A DNA stretch of 61,782 nucleotides, the filler included. It is 4 parts of 4 records of this genome, joined end to end, with 100 filler letters (N's around TTAATTAATTAA, not from the genome) between each part and the next. Parts side by side here need not be neighbours in the genome. Positions count along the whole stretch, not along the records: positions 1 to 6,924 come from SRR20825010_6230; positions 7,025 to 29,810 come from SRR20825010_6235; 2 more parts are not named here. One strand, given 5' to 3'. The stretch's first letter is position 1. Each line of letters begins with the position of its first letter. The position numbers were made by a program, and so were the translations under genes. Below, in pieces: positions 1 to 10,663 of this stretch. The notes beneath the pieces are model-generated. The model worked only from the letters and a program-made list of their open reading frames with translations, had not been told where the DNA came from and made no database searches.

Positions 1-1
1 C

Positions 2-544
2 TTTCTGATGGGTGCGGCTTCTACCGTATTCTGGGTGTGGCTGGCCAGCAAAATCGGTTTGGCGCGCGCGTGGTTGTTGGGCATGGTGATTTCCATTCCA
101 GCATTCATCGTCGTCATTGTTTTGGGTCAGGGCGACCTGGCTGGCTACTTGTTGGTGTGTTTGCTTACGGGCTTCGCACTGGGCGCAGACCTGTCATTGC
201 CCGCCGCATTGGTGGCCCGCCTGATCGAGGAAAACGGCGAACGTGGCAAAACCGAAGGCACCTATTTTGGCTTGTGGAACTGGGTGAACAAGTTCAACCT
301 GGCGCTGGCCCCCAGTTTTGCACTGGGCACCTTGCAATGGTTTAATTATTCCGCAGACATGGCCACAACTGACACCTATCAAAACATGGGTCTTCTGCAA
401 CAAATTGCAGGCGACCCATTGATCTGGGTTTACGCACTGGTGCCCTGCGCATTGAAATTACTGGCCATCGTATTGCTGGGGCGCAGTGGCTTGGCCAGCC
501 TGAACACAACAACACCTAACACCGCTATCGGGAGCACCGCATGA
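2..544 (+). CDS. MFS transporter (GPH/MFS_2-like), 5'-truncated
   Basis: Hydrophobic TM helices; GFALGADLSLPAALVA and EGTYFGLWNWVNK motifs; frame is open to the window start. Confidence 0.8.
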   Translation, partial: FLMGAASTVFWVWLASKIGLARAWLLGMVISIPAFIVVIVLGQGDLAGYLLVCLLTGFALGADLSLPAALVARLIEENGERGKTEGTYFGLWNWVNKFNLALAPSFALGTLQWFNYSADMATTDTYQNMGLLQQIAGDPLIWVYALVPCALKLLAIVLLGRSGLASLNTTTPNTAIGSTA

Positions 545-1107
545 CTGGCACCATTGAAAAAACCCGCAGATGGGTTCAACAACTGCAACTGGGCTTTCTG
601 GCACTGGCTGGGGCATTGATATTAAGCGCTTGCGCCGGCCCCCAACCCAGCGACTATTCACAGGAAAAACCAGCGCTCGACCTGAAAGAATATTTCAATG
701 GCACCATTGATGCTTGGGGTGTTTTTCAAGACCGTTCCGGCAAGGTGGTGAAACGGTTTACAGTGGTGATGAAGTGCACCTGGGATGGCAACACCGGCGT
801 GCTGGACGAAGACTTCACCTATTCCGACGGCACCACGCAAAAACGCGTCTGGACCCTGAAAAAAGATGGCAACCAGTACACAGGCACCGCAGGCGATGTG
901 TTGGGTCAAGCGAACGGCGAAACTTCCGGCAATGCTTTTCAATGGAAGTACACGATGCTGCTGCCAGTGGATGGCAGCACCTATGAAGTTCAATTCGATG
1001 ACTGGATGTACCAGATGGACGACAAAGTAATGCTGAACCGCGCCACCATGAGCAAGTTCGGCATTGAACTGGGCGAAGTGTTGTTAAGCTTTCGCAAGCG
1101 CGACTAA
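541..1107 (+). CDS. DUF3833 family lipoprotein
   Basis: Lipobox LSAC; LDLKEYFNG..AWGVFQDRSG, LDEDFTYSDG and FDDWMY motifs. Confidence 0.85.
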   Translation: MTGTIEKTRRWVQQLQLGFLALAGALILSACAGPQPSDYSQEKPALDLKEYFNGTIDAWGVFQDRSGKVVKRFTVVMKCTWDGNTGVLDEDFTYSDGTTQKRVWTLKKDGNQYTGTAGDVLGQANGETSGNAFQWKYTMLLPVDGSTYEVQFDDWMYQMDDKVMLNRATMSKFGIELGEVLLSFRKRD

Positions 1108-1119
1108 AAAGGATCTGCC

Positions 1120-1929
1120 ATGGGTTTCAATCCGAAACTGACACAATGGGACAACAAACGCGTCTGGCTGATAGGTGCCTCTACAGGCATTGGCGAGGCG
1201 CTGGCTCGTCAGCTGGACCAACTGGGCTGCAAGCAAATGTTGTCCGCCCGCAGCACCGACAAGCTGGCCATTCTGGCTGGCGAGTTAAAACACGCCACTG
1301 CGTTGCCGCTGGACATTACACAACAAAATGCCGTGAAGATTGCATTTGAAAGTGTGATGGGAGCCTGGGGTGGAGTGGATTTGATTGTGCTGATGGCAGG
1401 CACCTATTCAGAAATGTCGGTGACTGAATTTGACCTTGAGAAGGTACGCCAGCAAATTGACGTGAACCTGAACGGCACCATGCATGTGCTGGCCAATGCC
1501 TTGCCCAAATTGCTTGAACAGCAATCAGGGCACATTGCAATTGTTTCCAGCGTTGCGGGCTATCGCGGCCTGCCCAATTCACTGGCCTATGGGCCAACCA
1601 AAGCGGCGCTGATCAACCTGGCCGAAGCCTTGCACGTTGAATTGAAACCGCACCATGTGGGCGTCAGCGTGGTGAACCCCGGGTTTGTAGACACCCCACT
1701 GACCCGTAAAAATACGTTCCCGATGCCGTTCTTGATCACCGCCGAAAAAGCGGCACAGGAAATTATCACGGGTCTTGAAAAAGGCGAGTTTGAAATTCAT
1801 TTCCCAAAAGCTTTCACACGGACCTTGCGCACCTTGCGAATTCTCCCGTATTCCCTGTACTTCGCGGCTGTGCGCAAAATGACAGCCAACACGAACAAAC
1901 CGGCTGCTGGCAATGAACACACCAAATAA
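1120..1929 (+). CDS. Short-chain dehydrogenase/reductase
   Basis: GASTGIG Rossmann motif, YGPTK catalytic motif, NPGFVDTPLT. Confidence 0.92.
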   Translation: MGFNPKLTQWDNKRVWLIGASTGIGEALARQLDQLGCKQMLSARSTDKLAILAGELKHATALPLDITQQNAVKIAFESVMGAWGGVDLIVLMAGTYSEMSVTEFDLEKVRQQIDVNLNGTMHVLANALPKLLEQQSGHIAIVSSVAGYRGLPNSLAYGPTKAALINLAEALHVELKPHHVGVSVVNPGFVDTPLTRKNTFPMPFLITAEKAAQEIITGLEKGEFEIHFPKAFTRTLRTLRILPYSLYFAAVRKMTANTNKPAAGNEHTK

Positions 1930-2389
1930 GCCAAGCGGGCTGGCTCCGCTGGATCGCCAACAATTGTCAGCACCACTTCGCAGGCTGATTGATTTTTTTG
2001 AGCACATCACCGAGCAAACCGTGGCTGACATGCCCACCTTTTATGCAGCAAACGCCTGGTTCAAAGACCCTTTCAATGAAGTGAACCGGGTTGAGGACAT
2101 TCAACGCATTTTTGGCGACATGTTCCACCAAGTCGACAAACCGCGCTTTGTGGTGCACACGGCCTTTGAGTCGGGGCAGCAGGTGTTTATGGCATGGCAC
2201 TTTCTGTTTGAAATGAAGCGCTTCAAGGTGGGGCAAGTGCAGTGCATCAAGGGCTCTTCGCACCTGATGTTGAACCAAAACGGACAGGTACAGTCACACA
2301 GGGACTACTGGGACACGGCTGAAGAACTTTACGAAAAGATCCCGGTTCTGGGTGGGTTGATGCGTTGGCTCAAGAAACAGGCTGGCTAG
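1913..2389 (+). CDS. NTF2/SnoaL-like domain protein
   Basis: FKDPFNEV and HRDYWDTAEELYEKIPVLG motifs; overlaps the SDR end. Confidence 0.85.
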   Translation: MNTPNKPSGLAPLDRQQLSAPLRRLIDFFEHITEQTVADMPTFYAANAWFKDPFNEVNRVEDIQRIFGDMFHQVDKPRFVVHTAFESGQQVFMAWHFLFEMKRFKVGQVQCIKGSSHLMLNQNGQVQSHRDYWDTAEELYEKIPVLGGLMRWLKKQAG

Positions 2390-2523
2390 ATCAACTGAGC
2401 GAAATACATGTTTCAGCGTACAAATGTGCACATAAATGCCCCGTGTCACCAAATCTTCATGCGTTTCATGACATGTCTTGTTAAAATCACAAAGTTAGAT
2501 CAATTCAGTGAAGGCGGAACAAC

Positions 2524-3387
2524 ATGTTGTATCCAGAATTATTCAGGTCATTGGAATCTGTTCGTTGGAACATGGAAAAAGACATCAACTGGGACCAGTT
2601 TGATGCTTCCAAACTGTCTGAAGAACAGGCCCAAACCATCAAGATGAACGCAATCACCGAGTGGTCAGCATTGCCAGCCACTGAAATGTTCTTGCGCGAC
2701 AACAAACACGACAGTGATTTTTCGGCATTCATGTCGATCTGGTTCTTTGAGGAACAAAAGCATTCGCTGGTGTTAATGGAATACCTGCGACGCTTTCGCC
2801 CCGACCTGATGCCCACCGAAGAAGAACTGCATGCAGTGCGGTTTGAGTTCGATCCAGCCCCACCGCTGGAAACCCTGATGCTGCACTTCTGCGGAGAAAT
2901 TCGCTTGAACCACTGGTACCGCTGCGCCTCTGACTGGCACACCGAACCCGTGATCAAACAAATTTATAAAATCATTTCCCACGATGAAGCGCGCCATGGC
3001 GGTGCTTACCTGCGTTACATGAAAAAAGCACTGATCGAGGTTGGCGACGGCGCACGTGCTGCCTTCAGCAAAATCGGCGTGCTGATGGCGTCGGCCCGCC
3101 GCACCCAAAAACCACTGCACCCCACCAACCTGCATGTGAACAAAGATTTGTTTCCCCACGACACGGTTCAAAGCCGCCTGCCCGACCCAGATTGGCTGGA
3201 AAACTGGCTGGATGGTCAAATTCGTTTCGATGCTGACTGGGAAAAGAAAGTGGTTGATCGCATTTTGCACAACATGAGCCTGTTGTTTGAACGCACCTTT
3301 GAATCGGTGCAAGACCTGAACCGCTACCGCAAGGAAGTGATGGCGCGCTTGGGTGCAACAGAACCGCCCGTTGGCAACGCGGCCTGA
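2524..3387 (+). CDS. Ferritin-like diiron protein (acyl-ACP desaturase-like fold)
   Basis: Paired ExxH motifs EEQKH and DEARH with upstream Glu ligands (TEWSA, CGEI). Confidence 0.75.
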   Translation: MLYPELFRSLESVRWNMEKDINWDQFDASKLSEEQAQTIKMNAITEWSALPATEMFLRDNKHDSDFSAFMSIWFFEEQKHSLVLMEYLRRFRPDLMPTEEELHAVRFEFDPAPPLETLMLHFCGEIRLNHWYRCASDWHTEPVIKQIYKIISHDEARHGGAYLRYMKKALIEVGDGARAAFSKIGVLMASARRTQKPLHPTNLHVNKDLFPHDTVQSRLPDPDWLENWLDGQIRFDADWEKKVVDRILHNMSLLFERTFESVQDLNRYRKEVMARLGATEPPVGNAA

Positions 3388-3395
3388 CTGACCCC

Positions 3396-3890
3396 ATGAC
3401 CACTACAGGAAAACCAGCACGCTTTGAAAAAAAGGTGTGCCAACCCAGCGAACTTGCAGAACGTGCCAAACAACTCAAAGGCCCCGTGGTGTTTACCAAC
3501 GGGGTTTTTGATTTGCTGCACCGCGGGCATGTCACTTACCTGGATCAAGCCGCACAAGAAGGTCAAAGCCTGATAGTTGCCGTGAATTCAGATGAATCCG
3601 TGAAGCGCTTGGGCAAGGGGCCTGACCGCCCCATCAACACGCAGGCTGATCGCATGCATGTGCTGGCCGCCCTGGATTGCGTGGCACTGGTAACCTACTT
3701 TGAAGAAGACACACCACTGAACGCTATTCTGGCAGCACGGCCTGATGTATTGGTAAAAGGTGGCGATTGGCCAGTTGAAAAAATGGTGGGCGCCAAAGAA
3801 GTTCAAAGCTGGGGCGGCACCGCACTTTCCATTGCGTTTGAACACGAACGCAGCACAACGGCCACGCTGGAAAAGATCAGAAAACTTTAA
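3396..3890 (+). CDS. rfaE2: D-glycero-beta-D-manno-heptose 1-phosphate adenylyltransferase
   Basis: VFTNGVFDLLHRGH, VNSDESVKRLGKGPDRP, PDVLVKGGD. Confidence 0.9.
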   Translation: MTTTGKPARFEKKVCQPSELAERAKQLKGPVVFTNGVFDLLHRGHVTYLDQAAQEGQSLIVAVNSDESVKRLGKGPDRPINTQADRMHVLAALDCVALVTYFEEDTPLNAILAARPDVLVKGGDWPVEKMVGAKEVQSWGGTALSIAFEHERSTTATLEKIRKL

Positions 3891-5011
3891 CCTTTGCCCG
3901 CCTGCACGAATTGTTCAGGCAAGCTGGCCACATGCAAAGTTGTAGTGGGAAAGGCAATCGATGCGCCATGCTGCTCGATAATCTCAGCGATACTCAACAA
4001 CACCTCTTGCTTTACTTCGTGGTATTTCACCCAGACTGTCGTTTTGGTGAAGGTGTACACCATCAAATTAACACTTGAATCGCCAAACTGGTTCAAGTTG
4101 ACAATCAGGGTTTGATTGTGATCAATCTCATCGTGTTCAATCAGCATGCGTTTGACACAATCCACAATGCTGCGCACCTGCGCAATGTCATCGTAACGAA
4201 CACCGATGGTTTCACTGATTCGTCGATGCGTCATTCTTGAGGGATTTTCCAGAGAAATGGTCGAAAAGGTGGCATTGGGCACATACAGCGGGCGCTTGTC
4301 GAAAGTTCGTATCCGCGTTAGGCGCCAACCAATATGTTCTACGGTACCCTCGATGTTTTTGTCAGGCGATCGAACCCAATCGCCCACCACAAATGGCCTG
4401 TCCATGTACACAGTCAAGCCACCGAAAAAATTGGCGAGCAGGTCTTTCGCAGCAAAACCAACCGCAATACCGCCCACACCACCGAAGGCCAACACACCAG
4501 AAATACTGAAACCCAGATTTTGAAGAATGACAAGCGCTGCTGTAATGATGATAGAAGCCCGCAGCAACTTGCCAATAGCGCTTGCCGTGGTGGCGTCCAG
4601 TGGTTCTTTGACCCGGTCAGCGCTCTGCAGTGCAAGCTCAAAACGCTTGGCCAGACCAAACAAAAACCAGGTGATCACCACAATTACACCGACCCGGCGA
4701 AGCGGATCAATGAATTCGAATATCTCGGCCTCGCTGGCCTTGTGGGCAATCTGTGCCGCCCACAAAATACCGATCAACCAAATCAGTACGCGCACAGGTT
4801 TGCGTGCACTTTCCAGCAACACATCATCCCAAAGGTTGACTGACTTCGACGCAAACCGACACAAACGACCAAACACCAAACCTGCGATGTAACTGACCAG
4901 CAAGGTCAAGAACACCACAGCAAATACCTGATACACCCAAGTGTTGTGGCTCAGAATGCTTGGAGGAACGCCCAAGCTGGCGAGCCATTGTTGCAAGCTG
5001 TAGAAATTCAT
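3887..5011 (-). CDS. mscS: Small-conductance mechanosensitive channel family protein
   Basis: GGVGGIAVGFAAKDLLANFFGG, RPFVVGDW, GTVEHIGWRLTRIRTFD. Confidence 0.92.
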   Translation of the reverse strand: MNFYSLQQWLASLGVPPSILSHNTWVYQVFAVVFLTLLVSYIAGLVFGRLCRFASKSVNLWDDVLLESARKPVRVLIWLIGILWAAQIAHKASEAEIFEFIDPLRRVGVIVVITWFLFGLAKRFELALQSADRVKEPLDATTASAIGKLLRASIIITAALVILQNLGFSISGVLAFGGVGGIAVGFAAKDLLANFFGGLTVYMDRPFVVGDWVRSPDKNIEGTVEHIGWRLTRIRTFDKRPLYVPNATFSTISLENPSRMTHRRISETIGVRYDDIAQVRSIVDCVKRMLIEHDEIDHNQTLIVNLNQFGDSSVNLMVYTFTKTTVWVKYHEVKQEVLLSIAEIIEQHGASIAFPTTTLHVASLPEQFVQAGKG

Positions 5012-5054
5012 GAATATCCGTCAAATCTGCCAAAACGACAGTCTAGCGGTTGAA

Positions 5055-5086
5055 CAATAAAAATGCCCCCGAAGGGGCATTCTTGT
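5055..5086 (-). terminator. Rho-independent terminator
   Basis: Minus strand reads AATGCCCC-TTCG-GGGGCATT then TTTATTGTT, just after the 5108-5488 gene. Confidence 0.8.
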
Positions 5087-5107
5087 TGCCAGCAATTCGA
5101 CTGAATA

Positions 5108-5488
5108 TTATTTCTTTTCAGCCTTCATCTTGCCACTGGCTTTCGCTTGCGCTTTCACATCGGCATTTGCATTCACATCACTTGCCGACTTCAATTGGTT
5201 CGTGCGCTTGCCTGCCTCGCCTTTCACTTCAGAATGCAAGGCACCGGCCTCATTGCGCATTTCATCGCCCTGAGATTTCGCACCCTTGACGGCCGCACTG
5301 GACTTGCCTTTCAAATCGGCATTGGCATTTGCTTTTGCATCCGCCTTTGCGTCTGCATCCACAGACACGCCGGGCACCTTGGCATTTACGCCAACACCTG
5401 CATTAACCCCAAGCCCAACGGCCATGGATGACGCAGAGAACACGAGAGCACTGGTAGCAATGGCAAATTTCAAAGTCGTACTATTCAT
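5108..5488 (-). CDS. Small secreted Ala/Lys-rich hypothetical protein
   Basis: Signal peptide ending ASSMA, ADAKA-like repeats, own terminator. Confidence 0.7.
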   Translation of the reverse strand: MNSTTLKFAIATSALVFSASSMAVGLGVNAGVGVNAKVPGVSVDADAKADAKANANADLKGKSSAAVKGAKSQGDEMRNEAGALHSEVKGEAGKRTNQLKSASDVNANADVKAQAKASGKMKAEKK

Positions 5489-5539
5489 ATTTAAAGTCCC
5501 CTGTCAAAGTTTGTTTGGGAACCATAATAACGATTACGA

Positions 5540-6469
5540 TCAAAGAGCGGTTGACGTTTTCTTCCAAAACTCGCTTTTGGCCACAGCAGGATCAGGTTCC
5601 GGCCAAGCCAGCCCCATACGTTCCAGCGTGCCCACCAGAATTTCAGCCACCAACATATTGCGAAGCCCTTTGTGGTCAGCCGGAATAATCCACCACGGCG
5701 CATGTTTGGTGCAGGTTTTTTCCAGAACCTGCTCGTATGCGTTGGCATACATGCTGTAGTTCTCGCCACAATGCAGGTCTTTTTCGGTCAGCTTCCAGCG
5801 TTTGTCCACGGATTCCCAACGGTCGATCATGCGTTGGTGCTGTTCCTCGCGTGAAATATTCAAAAAAATCTTGAGCACTGTGGTGTCCGTTTCAACCAAT
5901 AGCCGCTCGAAATCGTTGGTTTGTCGAACACGTTCTTCAATCCAGCTGGCGGACACATTGTCGTGAATGACAGGCATGATGATGCCGTCATAATGCGAGC
6001 GATTGAAAATGACAGACTGCCCCGTGCCGGGCACATGGGGATGAACGCGCCACAGGAAATCATGTGCCGCCTCTTGTTCAGAGGGCTCCTTGAATGACAC
6101 CATGCGCAAAGCCATGGGGTGCACCGAACGCATGATGGCGCGCGCCGCACCGTCTTTACCAGACGTGTCCATGCCCTGCAAAATCACCAGCAACTTGTGT
6201 TTGCCCTGCGCATACAGGCAGGTCAACAGTTCATTGAGTCGATCGGACAATTGATCCACCCGTTCGTGCATGTCCTCATTGGAGGGCATGTCGCCGTAGC
6301 GCGTTGGCCATTGGCGCAAACGCACCGCCTTGCCGTTGACCATGCAGGCCTGGCCCAGAATTTCCCACTGGCTTTCTGGTACCAAGGCGTGGGGAAGTAC
6401 TTTCTCAGAGCGCTTGGTCTCTTTTCGCTTGGCGACTTTGGTGTCAGGTTTGTTGTCTGTTTTGGTCAT
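5540..6469 (-). CDS. ppk2: Polyphosphate kinase 2 family protein
   Basis: LQGMDTSGKDG Walker A, HDFLWR, IFNRSHY; start placed at ATG 6469 (MTKTD) to limit overlap with the upstream gene. Confidence 0.9.
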   Translation of the reverse strand: MTKTDNKPDTKVAKRKETKRSEKVLPHALVPESQWEILGQACMVNGKAVRLRQWPTRYGDMPSNEDMHERVDQLSDRLNELLTCLYAQGKHKLLVILQGMDTSGKDGAARAIMRSVHPMALRMVSFKEPSEQEAAHDFLWRVHPHVPGTGQSVIFNRSHYDGIIMPVIHDNVSASWIEERVRQTNDFERLLVETDTTVLKIFLNISREEQHQRMIDRWESVDKRWKLTEKDLHCGENYSMYANAYEQVLEKTCTKHAPWWIIPADHKGLRNMLVAEILVGTLERMGLAWPEPDPAVAKSEFWKKTSTAL

Positions 6470-6924
6470 ACTGATCCAGCTTGGGCTTGTATTCCACGGA
6501 ATTTTGAATCTCGAACCGTACTTTTTCAAATGATTCAATACGTACCTGACCGAAACCTTTCACGTGGTTAAACAGATCAAGTACTTGCCCCACATTTTTG
6601 CTGTGCTGCAACATTGAAGGATTATTGTGCATCAGTTCTATCCATGTTTCAAACCAGCTGACCAGTAAAGTCTGGTTTTTACGCTCTAAACTGCCCTTGA
6701 ACGGATCAAGCCAGGTGCCCCGAACACCCCGCACCACCGCCAAAAACTTGAGTATCACTTGAATCCAGGGGCCCACTTTTATTTTTCGCGGGCGCGCACT
6801 GTCACCCGCCAACCAGGTGGGTGCAAAATGAAAATACATTTGTGCCTTGGGCTCAAACTGCCCCATGGCACCCTTCAACCAAGCCGGGTCGGTGTGCAGG
6901 CGGGCCACCTCGTATTCGTCCTTG
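6444..6924 (-). CDS. Indolepyruvate ferredoxin oxidoreductase family, C-terminal fragment (cut by contig end)
   Basis: KDEYEVARL at the contig edge, RGTWLDPF and VKGFGQVR motifs. Confidence 0.75.
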
Positions 6925-7024
6925 NNNNNNNNNNNNNNNNNNNNNNNNNNNNNNNNNNNNNNNNNNNNTTAATTAATTAANNNNNNNNNNNNNNNNNNNN
7001 NNNNNNNNNNNNNNNNNNNNNNNN
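6925..7024. other. Artificial contig spacer
   Basis: N44-TTAATTAATTAA-N44, stops in all frames; composition changes across it. Confidence 0.98.
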
Positions 7025-7266
7025 ATTTTGAAGGTTACGGTACCCGCCACAATCATTACATCAGCTTGGCGCGGACTGGCAAAAGGCACAATACCGAATC
7101 GATCCAAATCATAGGGCGTGGATTGAGCGCCCATAAATTCAATGGCGCAGCAAGCCGTACCGAAAGCCATGGGCCACATAGAAGATAGTCGTGCCCAGTT
7201 AATGAGGTCATCCAATTTTGAAATGACAATTCCGCCCTTTTGTATGTTTCGATCTAAAAGCCCCAT
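7025..7266 (-). CDS. nuoB: NADH-quinone oxidoreductase subunit B, 3'-truncated
   Basis: [24 protein letters not shown]. Confidence 0.95.
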
Positions 7267-7733
7267 TAATCTTTATACTTTTGATATGCTTCTGTAGGTA
7301 TTGGCGATTTGAAATCGGAAACTCGGTTGACAGGTTTTACCCAATCCAAATAACCTTTTCGCCAAGCATACACCAAACCCAAAGCCAATATAAAGATGAA
7401 GATGAACATTTCTGTAATCGCAAACCAAGCCCAGGCATAATCAGTACCTTGAATCAATTCCTTGTCGCCAAAAATGACAGCCCACGGAAATAGATAGATA
7501 ATTTCCACTTCGAAAAGAAGGAAAATAATGGCAACAATGTAAAACTTAATATTGAACTGACCCCAAGCGTTACCGATGGTTTCTTCACCTGATTCGTAGG
7601 TTGTGAGTTTTTCGTAATTGGGTTTTTTGGGGCGAACAATACTTGCCACCAAAAGCCCCACCGACACGAAGGTGATGGCGCCCAAAATAAAAATCAATAC
7701 CGTTCCGAATTCTGTAAGGTTAGGCTCTATCAT
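7266..7733 (-). CDS. nuoA: NADH-quinone oxidoreductase subunit A
   Basis: [30 protein letters not shown]; adjacent to nuoB. Confidence 0.93.
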   Translation of the reverse strand: MIEPNLTEFGTVLIFILGAITFVSVGLLVASIVRPKKPNYEKLTTYESGEETIGNAWGQFNIKFYIVAIIFLLFEVEIIYLFPWAVIFGDKELIQGTDYAWAWFAITEMFIFIFILALGLVYAWRKGYLDWVKPVNRVSDFKSPIPTEAYQKYKD

Positions 7734-7739
7734 TCTAGT

Positions 7740-8369
7740 TTAAAACTTCAATGGGTCGATATGCTGGAAATGACCATTCAACTGAATCCGTTGCTTGGCG
7801 CGCTCCATTTCTTTCACAAAAGGAATGGCACGTTCCATATGGCTGATCAAATATTCGTATCGCTGCGACTGGTTTTCCATCTGCAACATATCGTATTCTT
7901 GTTCCAAAGATAAGCCCAATTTATGAGCCAGTTGATATTCCTCGGTCAAATCCGCAACATTGAGTTTGTGGTCCATTCTAAGCAACTCAATCAATTGTTT
8001 AGCTAATTCCTTCAAACGAGACCATTGCGCAGCTTCACCATCTTTATTGTTCTCAATAAAAATAACCTTTCCTCCAGCGTAGAGCTTCCCTGCAACTATC
8101 TCTTGAAAGGTCACCAATTCAAAAACCCGTGTGCAACGGGCTACAATGTCCATTTCTCCGTTGGGGTAAGTTTTTACTACCTTCTCCACGATCATTTCAG
8201 AGCCAAACTCCATAATCCCAGTATCAAACACAGGAATCCCAAAGCTTTTACCTTCGGCTACACATTCACTCACCAGCTGTTTATAGCGAGGTTCGAAAAC
8301 ATGAAGGTTGAGTTTTTCGTCAGGAAAAACGACAAGCTTTAAAGGAAAAAAAGGGAGAAATTCTTCCAT
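7740..8369 (-). CDS. LON peptidase substrate-binding domain protein (stand-alone)
   Basis: LPFFPLKLVVFP..LHVFEPRY; no AAA or protease domain. Confidence 0.85.
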   Translation of the reverse strand: MEEFLPFFPLKLVVFPDEKLNLHVFEPRYKQLVSECVAEGKSFGIPVFDTGIMEFGSEMIVEKVVKTYPNGEMDIVARCTRVFELVTFQEIVAGKLYAGGKVIFIENNKDGEAAQWSRLKELAKQLIELLRMDHKLNVADLTEEYQLAHKLGLSLEQEYDMLQMENQSQRYEYLISHMERAIPFVKEMERAKQRIQLNGHFQHIDPLKF

Positions 8370-8388
8370 TGTTCAATTGGTTGGTATG

Positions 8389-8414
8389 AAAAACAAAAGC
8401 CCCTTTCGGGGCTT
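8389..8414 (-). terminator. Rho-independent terminator of icd
   Basis: Minus strand AAGCCCC-GAAA-GGGGCTT followed by TTGTTTTT. Confidence 0.8.
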
Positions 8415-8419
8415 ATTGT

Positions 8420-9646
8420 TTACATATTCTTAATGATTTCATCTCCAAATTCAGAGCATTTAAGGAGTGTTGCTCCATCCATAAGTCGCTCGAAATCGTA
8501 GGTTACTCGTTTTTTAGCAATTGAAGCCTCCAGACCTTTATAGATCAAGTCAGCCGCTTCTTGCCAGCCAAAATACTCTAACATCATAGCACCAGAAAGA
8601 ATTACTGAGCCTGGATTCACTTTGTCTTGACCCGCATATTTTGGAGCAGTACCATGGGTAGCTTCAAAAATTGCAGTTCCTGTCAGGTAGTTAATGTTTG
8701 CTCCGGGAGCAATACCTATACCACCAACAATGGCAGCCAAAGCATCAGAAACATAGTCACCATTCAGGTTCAATGTAGCGATTACAGAATACTCAGCTGG
8801 TCTTAAAAGGATTTGCTGAAGGAATGCATCGGCAATCACATCTTTAATGATCACTTGGTGCCCATCCTTCTCAATGATTTGCCAAGGGCCACCTTGGTAA
8901 TCTTTGGCTCCGTAGCTATTTTTAGCCAATTGGTAACCCCAAGTTTTGAAAGCACCTTCAGTGTATTTCATGATGTTACCTTTATGAACTAGGGTAACAG
9001 AATCTCTCTTTTGTTCGAAAGCGTAATCGATGGCACTTTTCACCAAACGATGTGTTCCTTCTTCTGAAACTGGCTTTAAACCATAACCAGCAGTTTCAGG
9101 GAATCTTACTTTCTCGAATTTTTTAGGGAAGGTTGACTTTAAAAAGTCATTCATTTTTTTAGCATCATCAGTTCCTTGCTCGAACTCAATACCTGCGTAA
9201 ATATCTTCGGTGTTTTCTCTAAAAATCACCATGTCGCAAAGCCCTGGCTCTTTTACTGGAGAGGGTGTTCCGTCAAACCATCTTACCGGACGAACACAAG
9301 CGTATAAGTCCAATTCTTGACGAAGCGCTACATTCAACGAGCGAATTCCACCTCCAACAGGAGTGGTCAATGGACCTTTAATTCCTACCAAATATTCTCT
9401 GAAAGCATCCAATGTTGCGGCAGGCATCCATTCGCCTGTTTCGTTAAAGGCTTTTTCTCCAGCCAAAACCTCTTTCCAAGCTATGCTTTTTTCACCACTG
9501 TAAGCTTTTTCTACAGCGCTATCCAATACTTTTTGGGCTGCTGGCCAAATATCTACACCAATGCCATCTCCTTCAATAAATGGAACTGTAGGGTTGTTGG
9601 GTACATTTAGAACCCCGTTACTAATGGTTATTTTTTGTTCGCTCAT
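8420..9646 (-). CDS. icd: NADP-dependent isocitrate dehydrogenase
   Basis: [37 protein letters not shown]. Confidence 0.97.
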   Translation of the reverse strand: MSEQKITISNGVLNVPNNPTVPFIEGDGIGVDIWPAAQKVLDSAVEKAYSGEKSIAWKEVLAGEKAFNETGEWMPAATLDAFREYLVGIKGPLTTPVGGGIRSLNVALRQELDLYACVRPVRWFDGTPSPVKEPGLCDMVIFRENTEDIYAGIEFEQGTDDAKKMNDFLKSTFPKKFEKVRFPETAGYGLKPVSEEGTHRLVKSAIDYAFEQKRDSVTLVHKGNIMKYTEGAFKTWGYQLAKNSYGAKDYQGGPWQIIEKDGHQVIIKDVIADAFLQQILLRPAEYSVIATLNLNGDYVSDALAAIVGGIGIAPGANINYLTGTAIFEATHGTAPKYAGQDKVNPGSVILSGAMMLEYFGWQEAADLIYKGLEASIAKKRVTYDFERLMDGATLLKCSEFGDEIIKNM

Positions 9647-9768
9647 TTCGTTAAACGGTTATGTGATTCGTAATTCGAGTAATTGATGCTAAGGTAAGAA
9701 ATTATCTAGGTTGAAAGTTCCTCAACTTGGACTTTCCCTATAATTTTAGCCACTCCGTTTTGAGCCAA

Positions 9769-10587
9769 TTAATAACTTTCTTTGTCGTTAGGGAAGTCTT
9801 TGGCCTTTACATCTTTCACATAGTTGGTCACCGCATTTTTAATGGTGGTTCCCAAATCGGCATACTGTCTTAAGAAACGCGGTTTAAACTCCGTAGTAAT
9901 GCCCAGCATATCGTGGATTACCAAAACCTGACCGTCTACATGTGGCCCAGCACCGATACCAATAGTTGGTATATTAATTTCTTCTGAAACACGTTTGGCG
10001 AGTTCGGCAGGAATTTTTTCGAGTACAATGGCATAGCAACCGCAGGCCTCTAAAAGCTTTGCATCCTCAATAAGTTTTTCAGCCTCGTCTTCTTCCTTAG
10101 CCCTCACTGAATAGGTTCCAAATTTATAAATGGACTGAGGCGTTAAGCCCAAGTGCCCCATTACAGGAACACCAGCACTCAAGATTCTAGTGACTGATTC
10201 CTTAATTTCGGCACCACCTTCCATTTTCACACTGTGAGCACCAGATTCTTTCATAATCCTGATGGCAGAACGTAAAGCTTCTGAGCTGTTTCCTTGGTAC
10301 GAACCAAAGGGGATATCAACTGCTACAAAAGCGCGCTTCACTGCCCTTACCACAGAACTGGCATGATAGATCATTTGATCAAGTGTGATGGGCAAAGTAG
10401 TTTCGTGTCCCGCCATTACATTAGAGGCCGAATCGCCTACAAGTATTATATCTATACCCGCTTCATCCACCAAAGAAGCCATTGAATAATCGTAAGCCGT
10501 AAGCATGGAAATTTTCTCACCACGGTCTTTCATGGCTTGAAGTTGGTGCGTGGTAATTTTCTTTATTTCCGATTTGTGTATTGACAT
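9769..10587 (-). CDS. panB: 3-methyl-2-oxobutanoate hydroxymethyltransferase
   Basis: [26 protein letters not shown]. Confidence 0.97.
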   Translation of the reverse strand: MSIHKSEIKKITTHQLQAMKDRGEKISMLTAYDYSMASLVDEAGIDIILVGDSASNVMAGHETTLPITLDQMIYHASSVVRAVKRAFVAVDIPFGSYQGNSSEALRSAIRIMKESGAHSVKMEGGAEIKESVTRILSAGVPVMGHLGLTPQSIYKFGTYSVRAKEEDEAEKLIEDAKLLEACGCYAIVLEKIPAELAKRVSEEINIPTIGIGAGPHVDGQVLVIHDMLGITTEFKPRFLRQYADLGTTIKNAVTNYVKDVKAKDFPNDKESY

Positions 10588-10600
10588 GTCGATAAAATTA

Positions 10601-10628
10601 AAGGGGTAAATATAAACATTTACCCCTT
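10601..10628 (-). terminator. Hairpin between mscS and panB (probable terminator)
   Basis: Perfect 11-bp inverted repeat AAGGGGTAAAT/ATTTACCCCTT; weak U tract. Confidence 0.55.
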
Positions 10629-10663
10629 CTTGTTTTGCAAAGTATAGCGATGGCTATCTACGG

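Noticed and set aside
6444-6538. 95-bp overlap between ppk2 and the upstream gene
   Set aside because: Shrinks to 26 bp with the more plausible ATG at 6469
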